Assembly: GCA_030141605.1 (NCBI GenBank)
Contig: JAQGDQ010001264.1
Coordinates: 1 to 51,134, forward strand
Length of the DNA stretch: 51,134 nucleotides
Source: Tubiluchus corallicola
Lineage: Eukaryota; Animalia; Priapulida
Direction: 5' to 3'
Shown here one piece after another: positions 37,226 through 50,040 of this stretch; position 1 is the first letter of the stretch; the number at the start of each line of letters is the position of its first letter. Below the pieces are notes generated by a model. That model was not told where the DNA came from. It saw only the letters and a program-made list of their open reading frames with translations, and did no database searches. The translations under genes and the position numbers were made by a program.

Positions 37226-37480
37226 GGACTGTGTGGTCTGTTCGTCAAAGCACACGAGTTGTAATCTAAAGGTTTGTGGTTCTAATCTGGGTTTAGTTCC
37301 GACTTTGTGCTATTTTTTGTTTTCTAAAGGTTTGTGGTTCTAATCTGGGTGAAGTTCTGACTTTGTCGTATTTTTTGTTTTCTAAAGGTTTGTGGTTCTA
37401 ATCTGGGTGAAGTTCTGACTGTCCTATTTTTTGTCTTCTAAAGGTTTGTGGTTCAAATCTGGGTGAAGTTCTGACTTTAC
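37226..37480 (+). mobile_element. tRNA-derived SINE-like head with a ~58-bp x4 tandem repeat of the B-box region
   Basis: A-box-like TGTGGTCTG..., B-box-like GGTTC(T/A)AATC; tctaaaggtttgtgg at 37265, 37323, 37381, 37437. Confidence 0.55.
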
Positions 37481-38039
37481 AAATAAAAGCGCAGAAATCA
37501 TTTACAGTTCTCCTAACACCTTCTTTTAGCTTGGCACTACACACTTTCTTCTTTTTCTTTTAATGCACCTATTTGTTCTAGCAAACCCATCTAAGATCAC
37601 TGCAGTGTTGCCACACTCTGTCCATGAACTCATCACATAAATCAATGCAAATAAACTATTTTCTCTACGATTTTACAGACATCCAAAAATTAAACAAGAC
37701 AAAAGTGGAGGAATTGAAGGGTTAACAGCAGGTGCAAGACAGTTCAAGGCTGACAGTTTACTAATCAAATCTCGGGTATTAAAGTGTCAACAAATTATTG
37801 CAAATAATGAAATGGCAGACACAGGTGTGTGTGTGGGGGGTGTGTACCCATGTGAATCACCTACCTGGCTGCATGCGACTTAGTTAAGCCAGGATCGGGT
37901 GAAAGAGAAATAACGACGGGCAGGAAACTAAAATAATAACAAAGAAGCGGCTGAAAAAGTACAACATTTATTAACTTTCGTAATTGTATTTATTTGTGTT
38001 TTTGCATTGGTATTTCAATTAGTCACTATGCCATTACCG

Positions 38040-38505
38040 TGCATTCCAGAATAGTGCTCCACTCCATTCCACTTTGGCTTAGTCCAGTCAATTTCATTCC
38101 AGTCCCGTTCAGTCCAATCTATTCCAGTCCATCCCACTCCACTACATTTCAATCCAGTTCAGGCCCTTTTCCCATTCCACCCCAGTTTAGTCCACTCCAC
38201 TCCACTCCATTCCACCCCAATCCAGTTCAGCCTAGCCCACTCCACTACATTTCAATCCAGTTCAGGCCATTTTCCCATTCCACCCCAGTTTAGTCCACTC
38301 CACTCCACTCCATTCCACCTCACTCCAGTCCACCCCAATCCAGTTCAGGCTACCCACTCCACTACATTTCAATCCAGTCCACTCCAGTCCTGCCTAGTAC
38401 ACCTTAACCCATCTTACCTCCACTCAACTCCAGTGTTGGTGGACTGAAGTACTGTGGAGTGAGAAGCATCCAACTGGAGTGGAATGGAGTGAACTGGAAG
38501 TCCAG
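38040..38505. repeat. (TCCAC/TCCAG)n pentamer-rich repeat with an inverted tail
   Basis: ccactccactccattcc blocks followed by tggagtggaatggagtg. Confidence 0.75.
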
Positions 38506-39018
38506 ACCATTTTATCTAAGTCCAGAATGGAGCCGATTAACGAAAATAATCAGGTTCTAATGAATCCCAATTCAAAATAATTTAATCCTCTCTACTGAAG
38601 ACCAATCAAATCAAAGCAGGCAAAACTTAGCCAAACTAAAAAATCCCCCCCCCCCCCCGGCTGAAGTTTTAAGTTCTCACAAAACACAATGCTCGGCCAC
38701 CCTCCGTAGCCCCACCCCCACCGCAAGTCCATCATTATACTAAAGCGATAATTACAACTCGTTCACACGATTCCCAGGCACGAGGAGGAAGATGATTTTC
38801 CAGCCTACAAGCTTCACAAGTTGCTCAGATGTTTAATCTCAAAACTCGTCGTAACATCGTTGTGAAGTGATGATTAATCTTCAAGCAAACATGGCGGTTT
38901 TTATAATCAAACAAATTCCAAGACGAATTAAAATAAAATAAGGTTTTGCAGTTCTTAATATTGTAAATTGAAAGATTTCAAGTCACAGCAGCAAGTAAGA
39001 TATAATTACTGTATAGCC

Positions 39019-39496
39019 CAGGGGTGTGCAAATTATCTGACTAGCCGGGCCACATTAAACTTTCCCGCAATTCCTACGGGCCACAGGCAGTTTGACCAAG
39101 GAGCCAAGTACAGAAAGACCTAATAACGATTTTTTTGCATCCGACCTGCGTACATCATTACTACTACACTCAAGAAACTATTTTCGAAGTTATTAAAATT
39201 TATATTACAAACCATATATTTCTACTTTCAGGACAGATAGTGGTAATTTCATTACAATGCAAATTAGTAATGTGTATCACACAGTCTGTGTAGTACAGTG
39301 ACATTAAGCTACAACCTTGTAAGGGTTAATGACATCCGATCTAGTAGAAAAAACTACCCGCACTATCTTTGGGATCGTGGCACGGACTTCAGCTGATACA
39401 CTCAATTAATCGCCCGGGCCGCACTTTCATTAGGTTGACAAATCTCTTCGGGGGCGGCACAAATTCTCTCGGCGGGCCGCAATTTGCACACCCCTC
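39019..39496. mobile_element. hAT-superfamily MITE
   Basis: TIRs CAGGGGTGTGCAAATT / AATTTGCACACCCCTC; 8-bp TSD gtatagcc / gtatagac (7/8). Confidence 0.85.
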
Positions 39497-40080
39497 GTAT
39501 AGACTGACACAACTACTGCCTGGGAAAATTATATTCAACAGTTCAACAGGAACGAAATTAGGATGGGGAATCGAACCAGGGGCTTTCTAACTAGCATTAC
39601 ATCACCAATAGGCCAAACTACGTTAATAATTTTATCTTCAAAATGAAAGGAAAGTGGCAGTTACGCTTGTTTTGAACTTTTTGAAAAATTATGTCAGATT
39701 TTGACAGCTATTAGAAAATGAAAGAATATTTTAGCAGCAAAAATAGCCACAACTGCAGTTTTTGTTTATCAAACGAAGTAACTAGCGTTGTTTTTATCGA
39801 TTCTGCAAGCCTGGTGGACAGGGACTACTACACGTAATTACCAAATACGTGATGGGAACAACTTCCATTCATCAGAATGTATGATAGACGAATGTAGCTA
39901 GTGTTGCCGTTTGTATGAGAGCTAGTGTTGCCGTTTGTATGATGCTAATTATCACATTGGTGACCAAAAGTTTTTGTATTTTACGCCAAATTATCGTATT
40001 TTTTGTTCAGAATCCAAAATTATTGCACATTTACAACAAATTATTTAATATTATTGTGTAGATATATGTTTAAGTAACAA

Positions 40081-40454
40081 GTGAATGAGTCGGTGAGACT
40101 TAAAGGTAAAGTCCACAAAGAAGTGGTCAGACCCGCTCTAATCTATGGGCTGGAAGCAGCTTCTCTAAAGAAGACCGAAGAGAAGAAAATGGGTGTGGTG
40201 GAGATGAGGATGTTGAGATGGATGGTGGGAATAACAAGAAGAGATAAAATTAGAAATAATAATATCAGAGGAACGGTAAAAGTAGTGGAAGCCTCGCAAG
40301 ACTGCGATGGTATGCACACCTGAAAAGAAGAGTCGGTGAAGATCATGTGGGAAGGGAAGACATAAATGAAGAGATGGTCAACAACAGGAATGCGTGGAGA
40401 AGACTCATTCACAACGGCGACCCCGCATAGGGAAAAGCTGGGAAGAAGAAGAAG
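40081..40454 (+). mobile_element. 5'-truncated RTE-clade LINE
   Basis: RLKGKVHKEVVRPALIYGLE..EMRMLRWMVGITRRDKIRN (RTE ORF C-terminus) and a (GAA)n tail. Confidence 0.85.
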
Positions 40455-40894
40455 ATGTGTTTAAAAAGAAATTGTAACACCAAAAACTGGCATTAATGAG
40501 TGCAAAAATAAATTTAAATAAACACAGCGAACTGAATTCTGCTAATTCTTACGCACGTAGAATCGAGCCCTATCATTGTCATCATGAACATTCTTTTGTG
40601 AAATTCGAGTCTTTCTTTCGTAAAAACAGAGATAACTAATGCGACTAGCATGAGTCAGGCTAAAACGAAAGTTTATCTACTTTGCAATGATTAGTAGTAA
40701 CGTTTGAAATGTTTTCATTGAACCATTTTTTTCAAATTTCTGTTTTTTTTTCGTATCTATATTATCATATAATTAGTTATATAATTATCTGTCGTGCTGT
40801 CTCTTTTTTCGTAGGGCATAAAGTTTCAAAATCTCCCACGTTCGGATAGTTGTTATATAAATAGCAGTCTTGAATGTAGCTGACAAACAGATAT

Positions 40895-41490
40895 CAGGTT
40901 CCCACAAAATTTCCCTGACTTTTCCCTGACGAAATATTGATTTTTTACGATCAAGTTTTCCTTGGCGAAATATTGATTTTCCACGATCAAGTTTCCCTGA
41001 CGAAATATTGATTTTCCACGATCAAGTTTCCCTGACGAAATATTGATTTTCCACGATCAAGTTTTCCCTGACGAAATATCGATTTTCCATGATCAAGTTT
41101 TCCCTGACGAAATATAGATTTTCCATGATCAAGATAAGGAGAAGTTGTATTGCATATACAATGTGTCGGCACAGTTGCAGTAGTGCTAATGAAATTACAC
41201 TAATCACATTAAATAAACTTTCTTAATCCAATCATTAGTTTTGGAACAGAAATCGAAACTGGGACACTGCGATAGCAAAATTTTACTTGAACACGAATCT
41301 CTGAAAAATGTTTAGAAAAATATCAGTTCAGGGTGGTCAATTTTACAACCCTTTCCAATTTCCTGACTGTTCGCCCCATTTTCATCAAATTTCCCTCACT
41401 TTTTACCAAACTATCTCTTTCCCTGACTTTTCCAAGGCTTTCCGGGATAGCCTGTATTTTCAAAGATTTTCCTTGACCGTGGGAATCCTG
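40895..41490. mobile_element. hAT-like MITE with an internal 36/37-bp tandem repeat (~6 copies, 40910-41132)
   Basis: CAGGTTCCCAC...GTGGGAATCCTG termini, many TTCCCTGAC subterminal motifs; TSD not evident. Confidence 0.6.
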
Positions 41491-41756
41491 TTAACTATTG
41501 TAGGAGTACATGGAGTTGGGTAATTAAAAATGGGGTTAGCAGGTGGCAGCACCATCCAATGATCAGCAAAAAGACCAACACAATTTCAAATCAACAATAC
41601 ATCTATAACGCATACTTTTGGAATAAATCTAACGTCAAAATTCATTTTTGGCAGACTGCCAAAGTACGAAAATATCTCCCAAACATTTCGAAATAAGAAA
41701 ACGTAATTGTTAGCAAATGTCATGGCTAATAGGATAATCCACTAATTAACAGATTA

Positions 41757-42292
41757 TATAGCACAAGAAAACCCTCCACTTACATAAAGCTTAAAAAACT
41801 CGTCTTGAAATTTTATACGACGCACATAATGCCTTTTTGCATACAGGACTTGTGTTGGCAGTAACGCTCTATAAAACTTGTAAATTTAAACTCCCGCAGT
41901 GACCTTCAGGTTGCTGTATCTTGTCAATAAGATTAAAAATACGTTTTTGCTTAGTGAGTGGTGCACCCTGGAGGTGAGTCATTGACATTTTAGCAATTGG
42001 TGAAAACATTTTGAGTTATTAATAATTTTCTTTTCTAGTCACACAAGTCTTTCAAGCAAGTAATATAACTTTGCATAGAACTTTTTGGCACATAATTTAA
42101 CATTTCCTTTTCTTTCCCTGATTTACGTTGTGCATATATGACGTCATGTACTGCGGGAGATTTAAAATTAAAACAAACAAAAATCCTTTCAATACGAGTA
42201 CGAAATACGCATAAAATTGCTGTAAAGTAGTATAATTTTTTAAGACGATTGATCTGAAACCTAGTTCAGGTACCCCTTTTCTTGTCCTTTAA
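41757..42292 (-). mobile_element. TTAA-type MITE (Kolobok-like), family K3
   Basis: Ends ..AGCACAAGAAAACCC and CCCCTTTTCTTGTCCT-TTAA; inverted homolog at 47255-47928. Confidence 0.72.
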
Positions 42293-42606
42293 CGTTATTA
42301 ATCCCTGCTGTCCTAATCTATTGAAAGAGACAAATAAAAAAATTTGAATTTGAATATATATATATATATATATTCAATAATAATAATTTATGATACTCAA
42401 TATAACACTTGAAAAGCATACAATTACGGAATGTCCCACAAACCGTAGGAAAACTTTTCCACAATTTCTTCCGAGAAACAAAATCGGGGAAATGAAACCC
42501 AGCCGAACTTTAAATGCATTTTTTGCGAAGTTTCAGTTTTGCATAGAAACAGAAAGACGATGCTCTAGGAATTTCGGATACTTGTTGACATTTTCTTTGT
42601 TGGTTT

Positions 42607-43113
42607 ATATAGGTTTTACATGTCAAATGTAGACGTATGTTAAGTCAAATGTAGATTTAGGTAATTCATGTGTCTTGGTAACTCATATGTAGACTCGCGT
42701 AGTTCAAATGTGTCTTGGTAACTCAAATGTAGACTTAGGTAATACAAATGTGTCTTGGTAACCCAAATGTAGACTTAGGTAGTTCAAATGTGTTAACAAT
42801 GGTTTTCAACAAATCTTAAGTGTTTTTGGTAAGTGAAATGTAGACACATGTGAAGTCAAATGTGACATTGGTATCTCAAATGTGGATAGGTGGTAAAGTT
42901 TAAGGATGTTAAATTTAATCTTCTTTAATTTCAATTTAATAATTGCTCCTAATTTAAAATAACAACGTTATAGGTTCACTAATATTCTGCAAACTTTACA
43001 TGCCATTGGAACTGTTAGAGAAAAACACATTCGAAATTCTTATGTCTACATTTGACTTATCTAAGTCACATTTGAACTTTCCTGTGTCTACATTTGACGT
43101 GTAAAACCTATAT
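42607..43113. mobile_element. MITE with TA-flanked TIRs and internal caaatgt(a/g) repeats
   Basis: tatataggttttacatgtcaaatgtagac ... gtctacatttgacgtgtaaaacctatata. Confidence 0.75.
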
Positions 43114-43894
43114 AAGCGCGAAGGCATCATTATCAAAGAAAGTCTGGAACTTGATTTCACGCGGTTTGCTACGTTAGATGACCAGCGGCGTATTATCCTA
43201 TAGGTTAACTGGGCTATAGCCTAGAGCGCCAGCTTTTGAGGGCGTCACGTTTTAGAAGTTCTCCTCGGAAAAAAAGCAAAGATACCTTCATATTCTTGTA
43301 AAGGGCGCATTTTATAACACACCACAGGCAGTTACCGACAGCAGCATTTATATAAGAACCACATAACGGACAGGTGCAACTTATCACACAACAAGCAATT
43401 GCGCATCCTATATCAGCACTTCGCAAATACATGTAATTAATAATGACCACATAGAAACTAAGTTAATAGTGTTTCTAATACGCCACAAATAATTGTTTGA
43501 TCTGCTCATTATATAAACAACCATAAATTCACAACAGAGATGGGCGGAACAGAATTATCAGCCCAGGGCGTCGTGAAACTTGATACGCCCCTGTAGATGA
43601 TGCCAGCGAAATACACGCCTTAGTTACAGCAATGTTTATGTTTGGTTATCACTTTTCTAAACATCGAACACGATATTAAAAGTAGATAGCAACAAGCAAT
43701 GCATGCATTTCTTCAACACAAGAAATTAAATCTCAACATAAGACTTTGATTATTTAATGCTTACGTTACTAGCATATTTATGCACAACAGTGACAACTTG
43801 GGGTTTAACGATTACTCAAGAAAAGCAGATTGACACATTTCATAGATGTGTTCTAAGAAAAGTTTTAAAGATAAGATGACCATACATAATCAAA

Positions 43895-44236
43895 AATGAA
43901 GATTTATACACCAGAATGAAAGAAATTTATTGAAGTTCAAAAGTCAAGATCCGAAGATTAAGATGGCTAGGCCATTTTCTAAGATTACCAAATGAAGCAC
44001 CAGTAAGAATCGCCTTAAAGAAAGCCTTAAAACCTTGCAAAAAACCACCTGGTAAACCAAAAACAACTTGGATAGCTAAGATAAATAAAGATGTTCAACA
44101 ACTTCAACCAAATCCACCTTTAGGAGTAGAAAAACTTACGCTGTTAGCTGCAGATAGAAGTGGGTGGAATGTTCTGATAAATGTTGATACCTCAATGCCT
44201 ACAATAGATGGAATGAGACTTTGAAGAAGAAGAAGA
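43895..44236 (+). mobile_element. 5'-truncated RTE-like LINE
   Basis: NEDLY..KIRRLRWLGHFLRLPNEAPVRIAL..PGKPKTTW..LAADRSGW, stop, then a (GAA)n tail. Confidence 0.8.
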
Positions 44237-44649
44237 TCAAATTGCTGTGTAGTTTAGTTGACTTATTCATTGTTACAGAAACGACACGGTATCCAGGGAA
44301 GCCGTTGCTAGGATATTTTTAGACTTATGATTTAGCTTGCAATTTGATGAATTTTAACTAAGCAAAATTGAACAAAACATTTTTGGGAAAAAACGGAGCA
44401 CCAAGTTTTGATTTCATTAGGAAGGAGTTCAGGAAATCTAGGAAAATTAGTGCTAAATTTTAAATTACGGTTAGACCTCTTAATTAAAGAAAACTTATTT
44501 TTACGTTATATTTGACAAATAATTTGAGAATTAAAGAATAAAAAACCAGTATATGTATGCATTTAACATTGTGGTTGTGATGCCTAAAGATAAAAATACG
44601 AATGTTCGGGCAGTAGGGGGAACCATTATTCAACGGAAACAATACTCAC

Positions 44650-44809
44650 TGTCTCCCAGGTCGTTTTGTACCAGCCACTTCCCGGTCGGGTTGTCGTGCA
44701 TTCGTAAAACGTGTACAGTCTCGTCTTTCCTCACTGCAAGATCAAGCTTGGTCTCTTTGCAGTCTGCAAGAACCTTGCCCGACTGAATTGGCCACTCGTC
44801 ACCCGACAA
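44650..44809 (-). CDS. FYB: FYB/ADAP-family adaptor, exon encoding most of a helically extended SH3 (hSH3) domain
   Basis: ttttacag|TTGTCG...GACA|gtgagt; LSGDEWPIQSGKVLADCKETKLDLAVRKDETVHVLRMHDNPTGKWLVQNDLGD resembles the ADAP hSH3 pattern (..IR.TDNPEGKWL..). Orthology not established. Confidence 0.8.
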
Positions 44810-45142
44810 CTGTAAAAGAGTCAAAAACAGTTTACTTGACGGTCGCCTATCCAGTTTGCTGACAAGCTGCAGCAACGCTTAACTTCTTTACTAAGGTATC
44901 TACAGCTATTTCACTTAACCAAATCAAAACAAATTAAATTAAAGACAAAAAGGTCAAGTAATAGTTTACAGATGTATTTTTAAAGTAAATTATCATTAAT
45001 TTTTCCCTTTACTGCTCTTTTTGGTTTTATCTTCATTTCAAGTTTATTTAAAACAAAAATTTTACTGTTTTACATGCATTTTAGCACCCAAAGATGTGTC
45101 TTAACTAAAGGATCTATTTGAAACATTGAAAGTTTATTAGTA

Positions 45143-45614
45143 CAGTCTAGCCTCGTTATCTCGCCACTGTCCGTCAAGGGCAAATTTTTGGCGAGAGGCG
45201 AGTATGGCGAGATAACGGGAATATAACGAAGTTAGTCTATATGTATATACATAATAGTTGATTAACATAGTGTTAACATAACCAACCACAGCACTCCTAA
45301 TCTAATCCTGGTGAGACACACACTAGATTAATTATGTCTGTTTATCGAGTACAGCAGCATTGTCTACATACCGCGGTTATATTGATCGACACGCGGTATA
45401 TGTATTGATCGATTCACCTCTGAGTTTGTCTGTTTGGCGACATAACGAATATAGTTTACATAAGCACTCGTCCTAGCATGACGTGGCGAGGGCGAGAAGC
45501 GAGGGTGGTGACTTAACGAGGTAAATATCAAAGCAGGAAATCCGTCCTGGTACTTTCTATGGCAAGAGACGAGTTTGGCGGCATAACGAGGGGCGAGATA
45601 ACGAGGCTAGACTG
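45143..45614. mobile_element. pogo/Tigger-like MITE
   Basis: Perfect 23-bp TIRs CAGTCTAGCCTCGTTATCTCGCC and TA TSD. Confidence 0.9.
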
Positions 45615-46431
45615 TAGATGTATTTTAAATCGAAATGTAAATTAACTTGTTCAAATATTTGTTCTCAGTTCAATGCTTCTTCATAAAACTTCTTAATTGT
45701 AAGGTAGCCACGAAGAATGGATTTTTTAAATAAAAATAAAAGACCTTTACTTACCTACTAAAGTTTATGTTACATTATACAAAATTTCTCATACAACTGT
45801 TGCTATAGTTGAGAGTGTGTCATGCTTACAGCACCATTATAATCACATATTTAGAAACTAAACCATCAGCTTATTGGCAAACTTTAAATGTGTAATTACT
45901 CATAGTTAAAATTAGTGGGGGGGGGGGCTGTTTCAAAAAATTTTTTAGCCATTGTTTTAATACTATGTAAAACGTAACAAACATATGTAATTATAATGTC
46001 GTAATTTATAATTGTAATTTTAAGCAAACAAACATACAAAAATTTATACACAAACTTGATAAAATATTGTTCGCTTACGAATAGCCTAAATTGCCATAGT
46101 TCAAAATATGCCGGTACACGGGTTTTTAGGACGTGACAACTGACAACACACACTGCAGTGAGTGGCCGCACTCTTTCTAAGTAAGGTACAGCGCCTTATC
46201 TTAGACACGTGAGCATGGCCGCATGTGCACAACAGCCAATCACCACGTTACGTGAGCAGTGAGTGCGCAGGGCTGTGAAGTAAACAGTACTACTCTCACG
46301 TGCTCTGGACCGTACAAGTATAAAGAAAAAACGTTTGTTACATTGAATATTATCAATGATATTGAGTGAAAATAGGGGGTGCTGCAGTTCCACACAGTAC
46401 CTATGCACAAGTCGCCACTGTACGAATACAA

Positions 46432-46963
46432 TTAAAGGAAAACCGGATGATTGTGTTAACACGAGTTCAGAATAAAGGATACTCTGAAATATTGAAACCT
46501 ACAATATAGCTTTTTTTAAATCAAAGCTTAGATTAAATACCTCGGATACTCAAATTTTGTTAAACTTTCAAAGCTACGCGCGGCTCTGTGAATCTACTAA
46601 GATTGGCGTCTTTTTGTCACATGCGCGTGGCCATTAAGTAGAAGGTGGTACCGTGATAAGCATTATCATGAACTGCAGTGTTAGTTTCTGACATCATATG
46701 ATGTAAAGCCAACTTTTGAGACATAGTGCGTTTAAGCAGTAACACTTAAGCATGATGCGCAAGGGAAGATGCCTGCCCTTGCACAAACTGTGGTTAGTTT
46801 CTTACGTAAGCAATGGCTGTGTTCGATTAGCGTTAGTTAACTTTCTAAGCTAATTATTCAAATATAAGAAACAATTGCTAACTTTTATAGACAGGAAAAT
46901 GTCAATTTTGGACAGTAAATTAAAATAATATTGAGTCTAGACAATCGTCCGATATTCCATTAA
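46432..46963 (+). mobile_element. TTAA-flanked MITE family K2, second copy
   Basis: Reverse complement of 21823-22366; ends ~10 nt from the donor of the 46972 exon. Confidence 0.78.
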
Positions 46964-46971
46964 ATAGTTAC

Positions 46972-47082
46972 GTTGAATTTCTTTTTCAACTTCTCCTCTT
47001 TTTCCCTTTGTCTTTTTGCATCTTTCCCTTTCTCCTTTTGCGATTTGCCACTATCAGTTGACTGAGACTGACGACTTCTTGT
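46972..47082 (-). CDS. FYB: FYB-like exon, charged helix preceding the hSH3 domain
   Basis: tttgtag|ACAAGA...TTCAAC|gtaact; 111 nt, phase 0-0; ...KRQREKEEKLKKKFN joins in frame to LSGDEW, like the KKKFKLTG entry of ADAP hSH3. Confidence 0.8.
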
Positions 47083-47254
47083 CTACAAAACAATAACAAT
47101 TGTATAAAACTTCATTTATTTTAAGAGGATTAGCTTACTATAATATTACTGATCGGTAGGGGTGAGTATCGAACGTTCGAATTCGATTTAAACCTAAAAT
47201 CATAAATCGAGATAGGAGTGCAAGTGTTCATGTAATGTATAAGCTAATACGTAT

Positions 47255-47928
47255 TTAAAGGACAAGAAAAGGGGCACCTGAAGGGGTTTCAGAAAATTCA
47301 CTTAAAAATGATATTACTTTACAGCATTTTCATGCACATGCCGTACTATCGTTAAAAGGAATTAGTTTTCATTTTAAATCTCCCGCAATGCTGCTCCGAT
47401 GGCGCCATCATATGACGTCACTACGCCACGTAAATCAGGGGAAGAAAAGGAAATGTTAAATTATGAACCAAAAAACTTTCTGTGCAAATCTACATTACTT
47501 AGCATTTCACTTACCTGCTGGAAAGTCTTATGTAACTAGACTAATAATTTAAAATGTTTGTGCCAATTGGTAAAATGTCGCTGACTCACCCTCCAGGGTG
47601 CGCCACTCACTAACCAAAAACGTATTTTTAATCTTATTGACAAGATACAGTAATATTTGAATATCTGCTCAGTTGGCGAATGTTCGCGCGATGAATACTC
47701 TGATTATTTTTTCAAACTTTACACGATGTTATCTAAATGTGTTTCAAATGACCTGTCGTCAAAATGGCTGCGTCTAACGGTCATCGCGAGAGTTTAAGTT
47801 TACATGTTTTATACAGCGCTACTGCCGGTTGAAGTCCTGTATGTAAAAAGGCAGTATTGTAAGTGATACAAAATTTCAAGACGAATTTTTTAAGCTTTAT
47901 GTATTTGGAGGGTTTTCTCGTGCTTTAA
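47255..47928 (+). mobile_element. TTAA-flanked MITE family K3, second copy
   Basis: TTAA-AGGACAAGAAAAGGGG ... GGGTTTTCTCGTGCT-TTAA. Confidence 0.75.
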
Positions 47929-48103
47929 TAAACGTGTGTTCAACCCTGGAAGAGGATCAACATCTGTACAACTGCATCTGGGACTTTGTCTCTTTTAAAT
48001 TCTGTTGTTTTTCTGCAATATGACTAAATGTTCTATTAATAGGAATGATGACATACAAGCTGCACTTTTCACATCTCGAATAACATAATTCAGAAATGCT
48101 TAC

Positions 48104-48117
48104 CTTTCCAGCAGAAG
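48104..48117 (-). CDS. Putative 14-nt microexon of the FYB-like gene
   Basis: ttctttttcag|CTTCTGCTGGAAAG|gtaagc; phase 1-0 fits both neighbouring exons. Confidence 0.6.
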
Positions 48118-48242
48118 CTGAAAAAGAATAATAAAAAGCAATTCGTTAAACATTCAATTAACGTATGATAAACAATTGCAAATTTCAAGTGCAGAAAATG
48201 CTTTAGAAACACCTAAAAGTTTCTGTGCTGTAAACACACAGT

Positions 48243-48775
48243 TGGCACCGAAAAAATGGCACAAGATTTTTTCCTATGCCATAATTCAGCTACTATGGCA
48301 TTTTGTCCTTTTTCTGTTCTGTTTTTACCTGTGCTATTTTTACTGTGTCATTTTTCCCACGCCATTTTTTCTTTGTCATTTTTACCTGTCATTTTTACGT
48401 GTGCCATTTTTTCCTAAGCCATTTTTCCTGTGCCAATTTATTCGTGTGCTATTTTTACCATGCCATTTTTTCATGTGCAATTTTTTCTTGTGCCATTTTT
48501 TCCTGTGCTTTTTTACCTGTGCCATTTTTTCTTTGCCATTTATTGCTGTGCCAATTTTTTCCTGTACTATTTTTACTGTGTCATATTTTTCCATACCATT
48601 TTTTCCTGTGCCAATTTGTTCTTGTGCTATTTTAAACGGGCCATTTTTCTTGTGCCATTTTTTCTTGTGCCATTTTTCCTATGCCACTTTTTTCCAGTGC
48701 CATTTTCACCTGTGCCATTTTTACCTGTACCATATTTACCTACTTTGCCATTTGTGACATTTTTACCGTGCACCG
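48243..48775. repeat. MITE-like element filled with degenerate ~16-bp tgtgccatttttncc repeats
   Basis: Left end ggcaccgaaaaaatggcac roughly inverts the right end gtgacatttttaccgtgcacc. Confidence 0.7.
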
Positions 48776-49370
48776 TCCACATTGTACTATACGCCAGGCT
48801 ATGTTAATTTGGATTGCTAATTGATTTAAAGCTTTTAGACGTAATGTTGTATCAGTTTTTAAAAATGTTTGATCTATAACCTGTTTCAATAATGAATTGC
48901 AGACCTGCCAAACGTTTGGTGCCAAAATGAGTGTGAATCGTAGAAAGCCAGTGGACATCTCTCCGTAGTAGGGGTCCTGGAGTAAGGGGAAATTATGCTC
49001 TAGAAATTTTTGCTTTTGTGGATATTGAAATGAAATCATCAAAAAATAAAGGTAATTTCTGGGTACAACAGAACTTTCTTACATTGTTATTGCAGTTTGT
49101 CGTGCTTTATATATGCTTTGTACACATAAAAAAATCTAAAAATGTTCAATTTTCAATAGCTCTAATACCCGTTAGTGTAACATACATGGTGAGATCCACG
49201 AACCTTACAGTATCATTGAAAGCAGCACTACTAATAGCGTCACCCTTGGTGCTGATGACACCATCTCCAGGTATGAAAGACGAACTGCATATGACAGATG
49301 CTTAACGCTTGAGAGCGTCTGAGAAAGATAGAACCATGCGCTATCTTCTATATATTAATTTCGCGGGTAT

Positions 49371-49900
49371 TGTTGTTGGCATCCTTCTGTGTCGGAAGAC
49401 AATGGAGTGTGCGCCAAGGGAGTCAGTTCTTGATCACATTGATGGAGCTGCAGCGTTGATCCTTGAACTACTGGAGTGGCCTCTCCAGGGCGCACGCCTG
49501 GGCAAGGTGTACGGAGATCCTGAGTTGCCCAGACAACAGGAACCCCCTCTCTTCCTCCCTGGTGTAGTCCAAAGGAAAGCGGAGAGATACGTTTGGCACC
49601 AGGTTGGCTGCAGGAGCTGCCGGAGTCAGTGAGCATGCTGCACTGGTCCGCCTTCGGGACTCCACTCCTGATTTGTTACTCCTCTACACATGGCCGTTGG
49701 GTCACTTGACCTCCTCCGCCCTCTAGCTGTTGGCTGCCTTGTGCAGCTCCTTCGCCTAGTGTCGAGATACAGTGTGGGCATCCCGCAAGCCTACAGCACC
49801 TGGTATTACTAGGCGGTCACCCATCCAAGTACTAACCAAGCTCTACAATGCTTAACTTCGGTGATCGACGAGAACCGGTGTTTTCGATATGGCCGTAGAC
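49371..49900 (-). mobile_element. 5S rRNA-headed retroposon (SINE3-like)
   Basis: 5S head, ~415-nt GC-rich body, caacaaca tail, degenerate 13-bp direct repeats at 49358-49370 and 49901-49913. Confidence 0.65.
49787..49900 (-). pseudogene. 5S rRNA-derived sequence
   Basis: Minus strand GTCTACGGCCATA..GAAAACACCGGTTCTCGTCGATCACCGAAGTTAAGC..TTAGTACTTGGATGGGTGACCGCCT..AATACCAGGTGCTGTAGGCTT; 114 nt with small deletions and no oligo-T terminator. Confidence 0.9.
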
Positions 49901-49959
49901 ATATCACTGGTATGGGTTTAATATATATATATATAATGTATTTCCTATAATTTCCCCTT

Positions 49960-49978
49960 ACTTAGCATAGTTTCCACC

Positions 49979-50040
<62 letters not shown>

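Noticed and set aside
37860-38900. Additional 5' UTR exons or promoter (donor-like site at ~37868 on minus; AAACATGGCGG at ~38887)
   Set aside because: Isolated motifs with no linked ORF; too weak to call.
48176-48807. Phe/Cys-rich membrane-protein ORFs
   Set aside because: Translations of the degenerate tgtgccattttt repeat.
49787-49900. Functional 5S rRNA gene
   Set aside because: Short by several nucleotides near the 5' end, has substitutions, lacks an oligo-T terminator, and is single-copy here.
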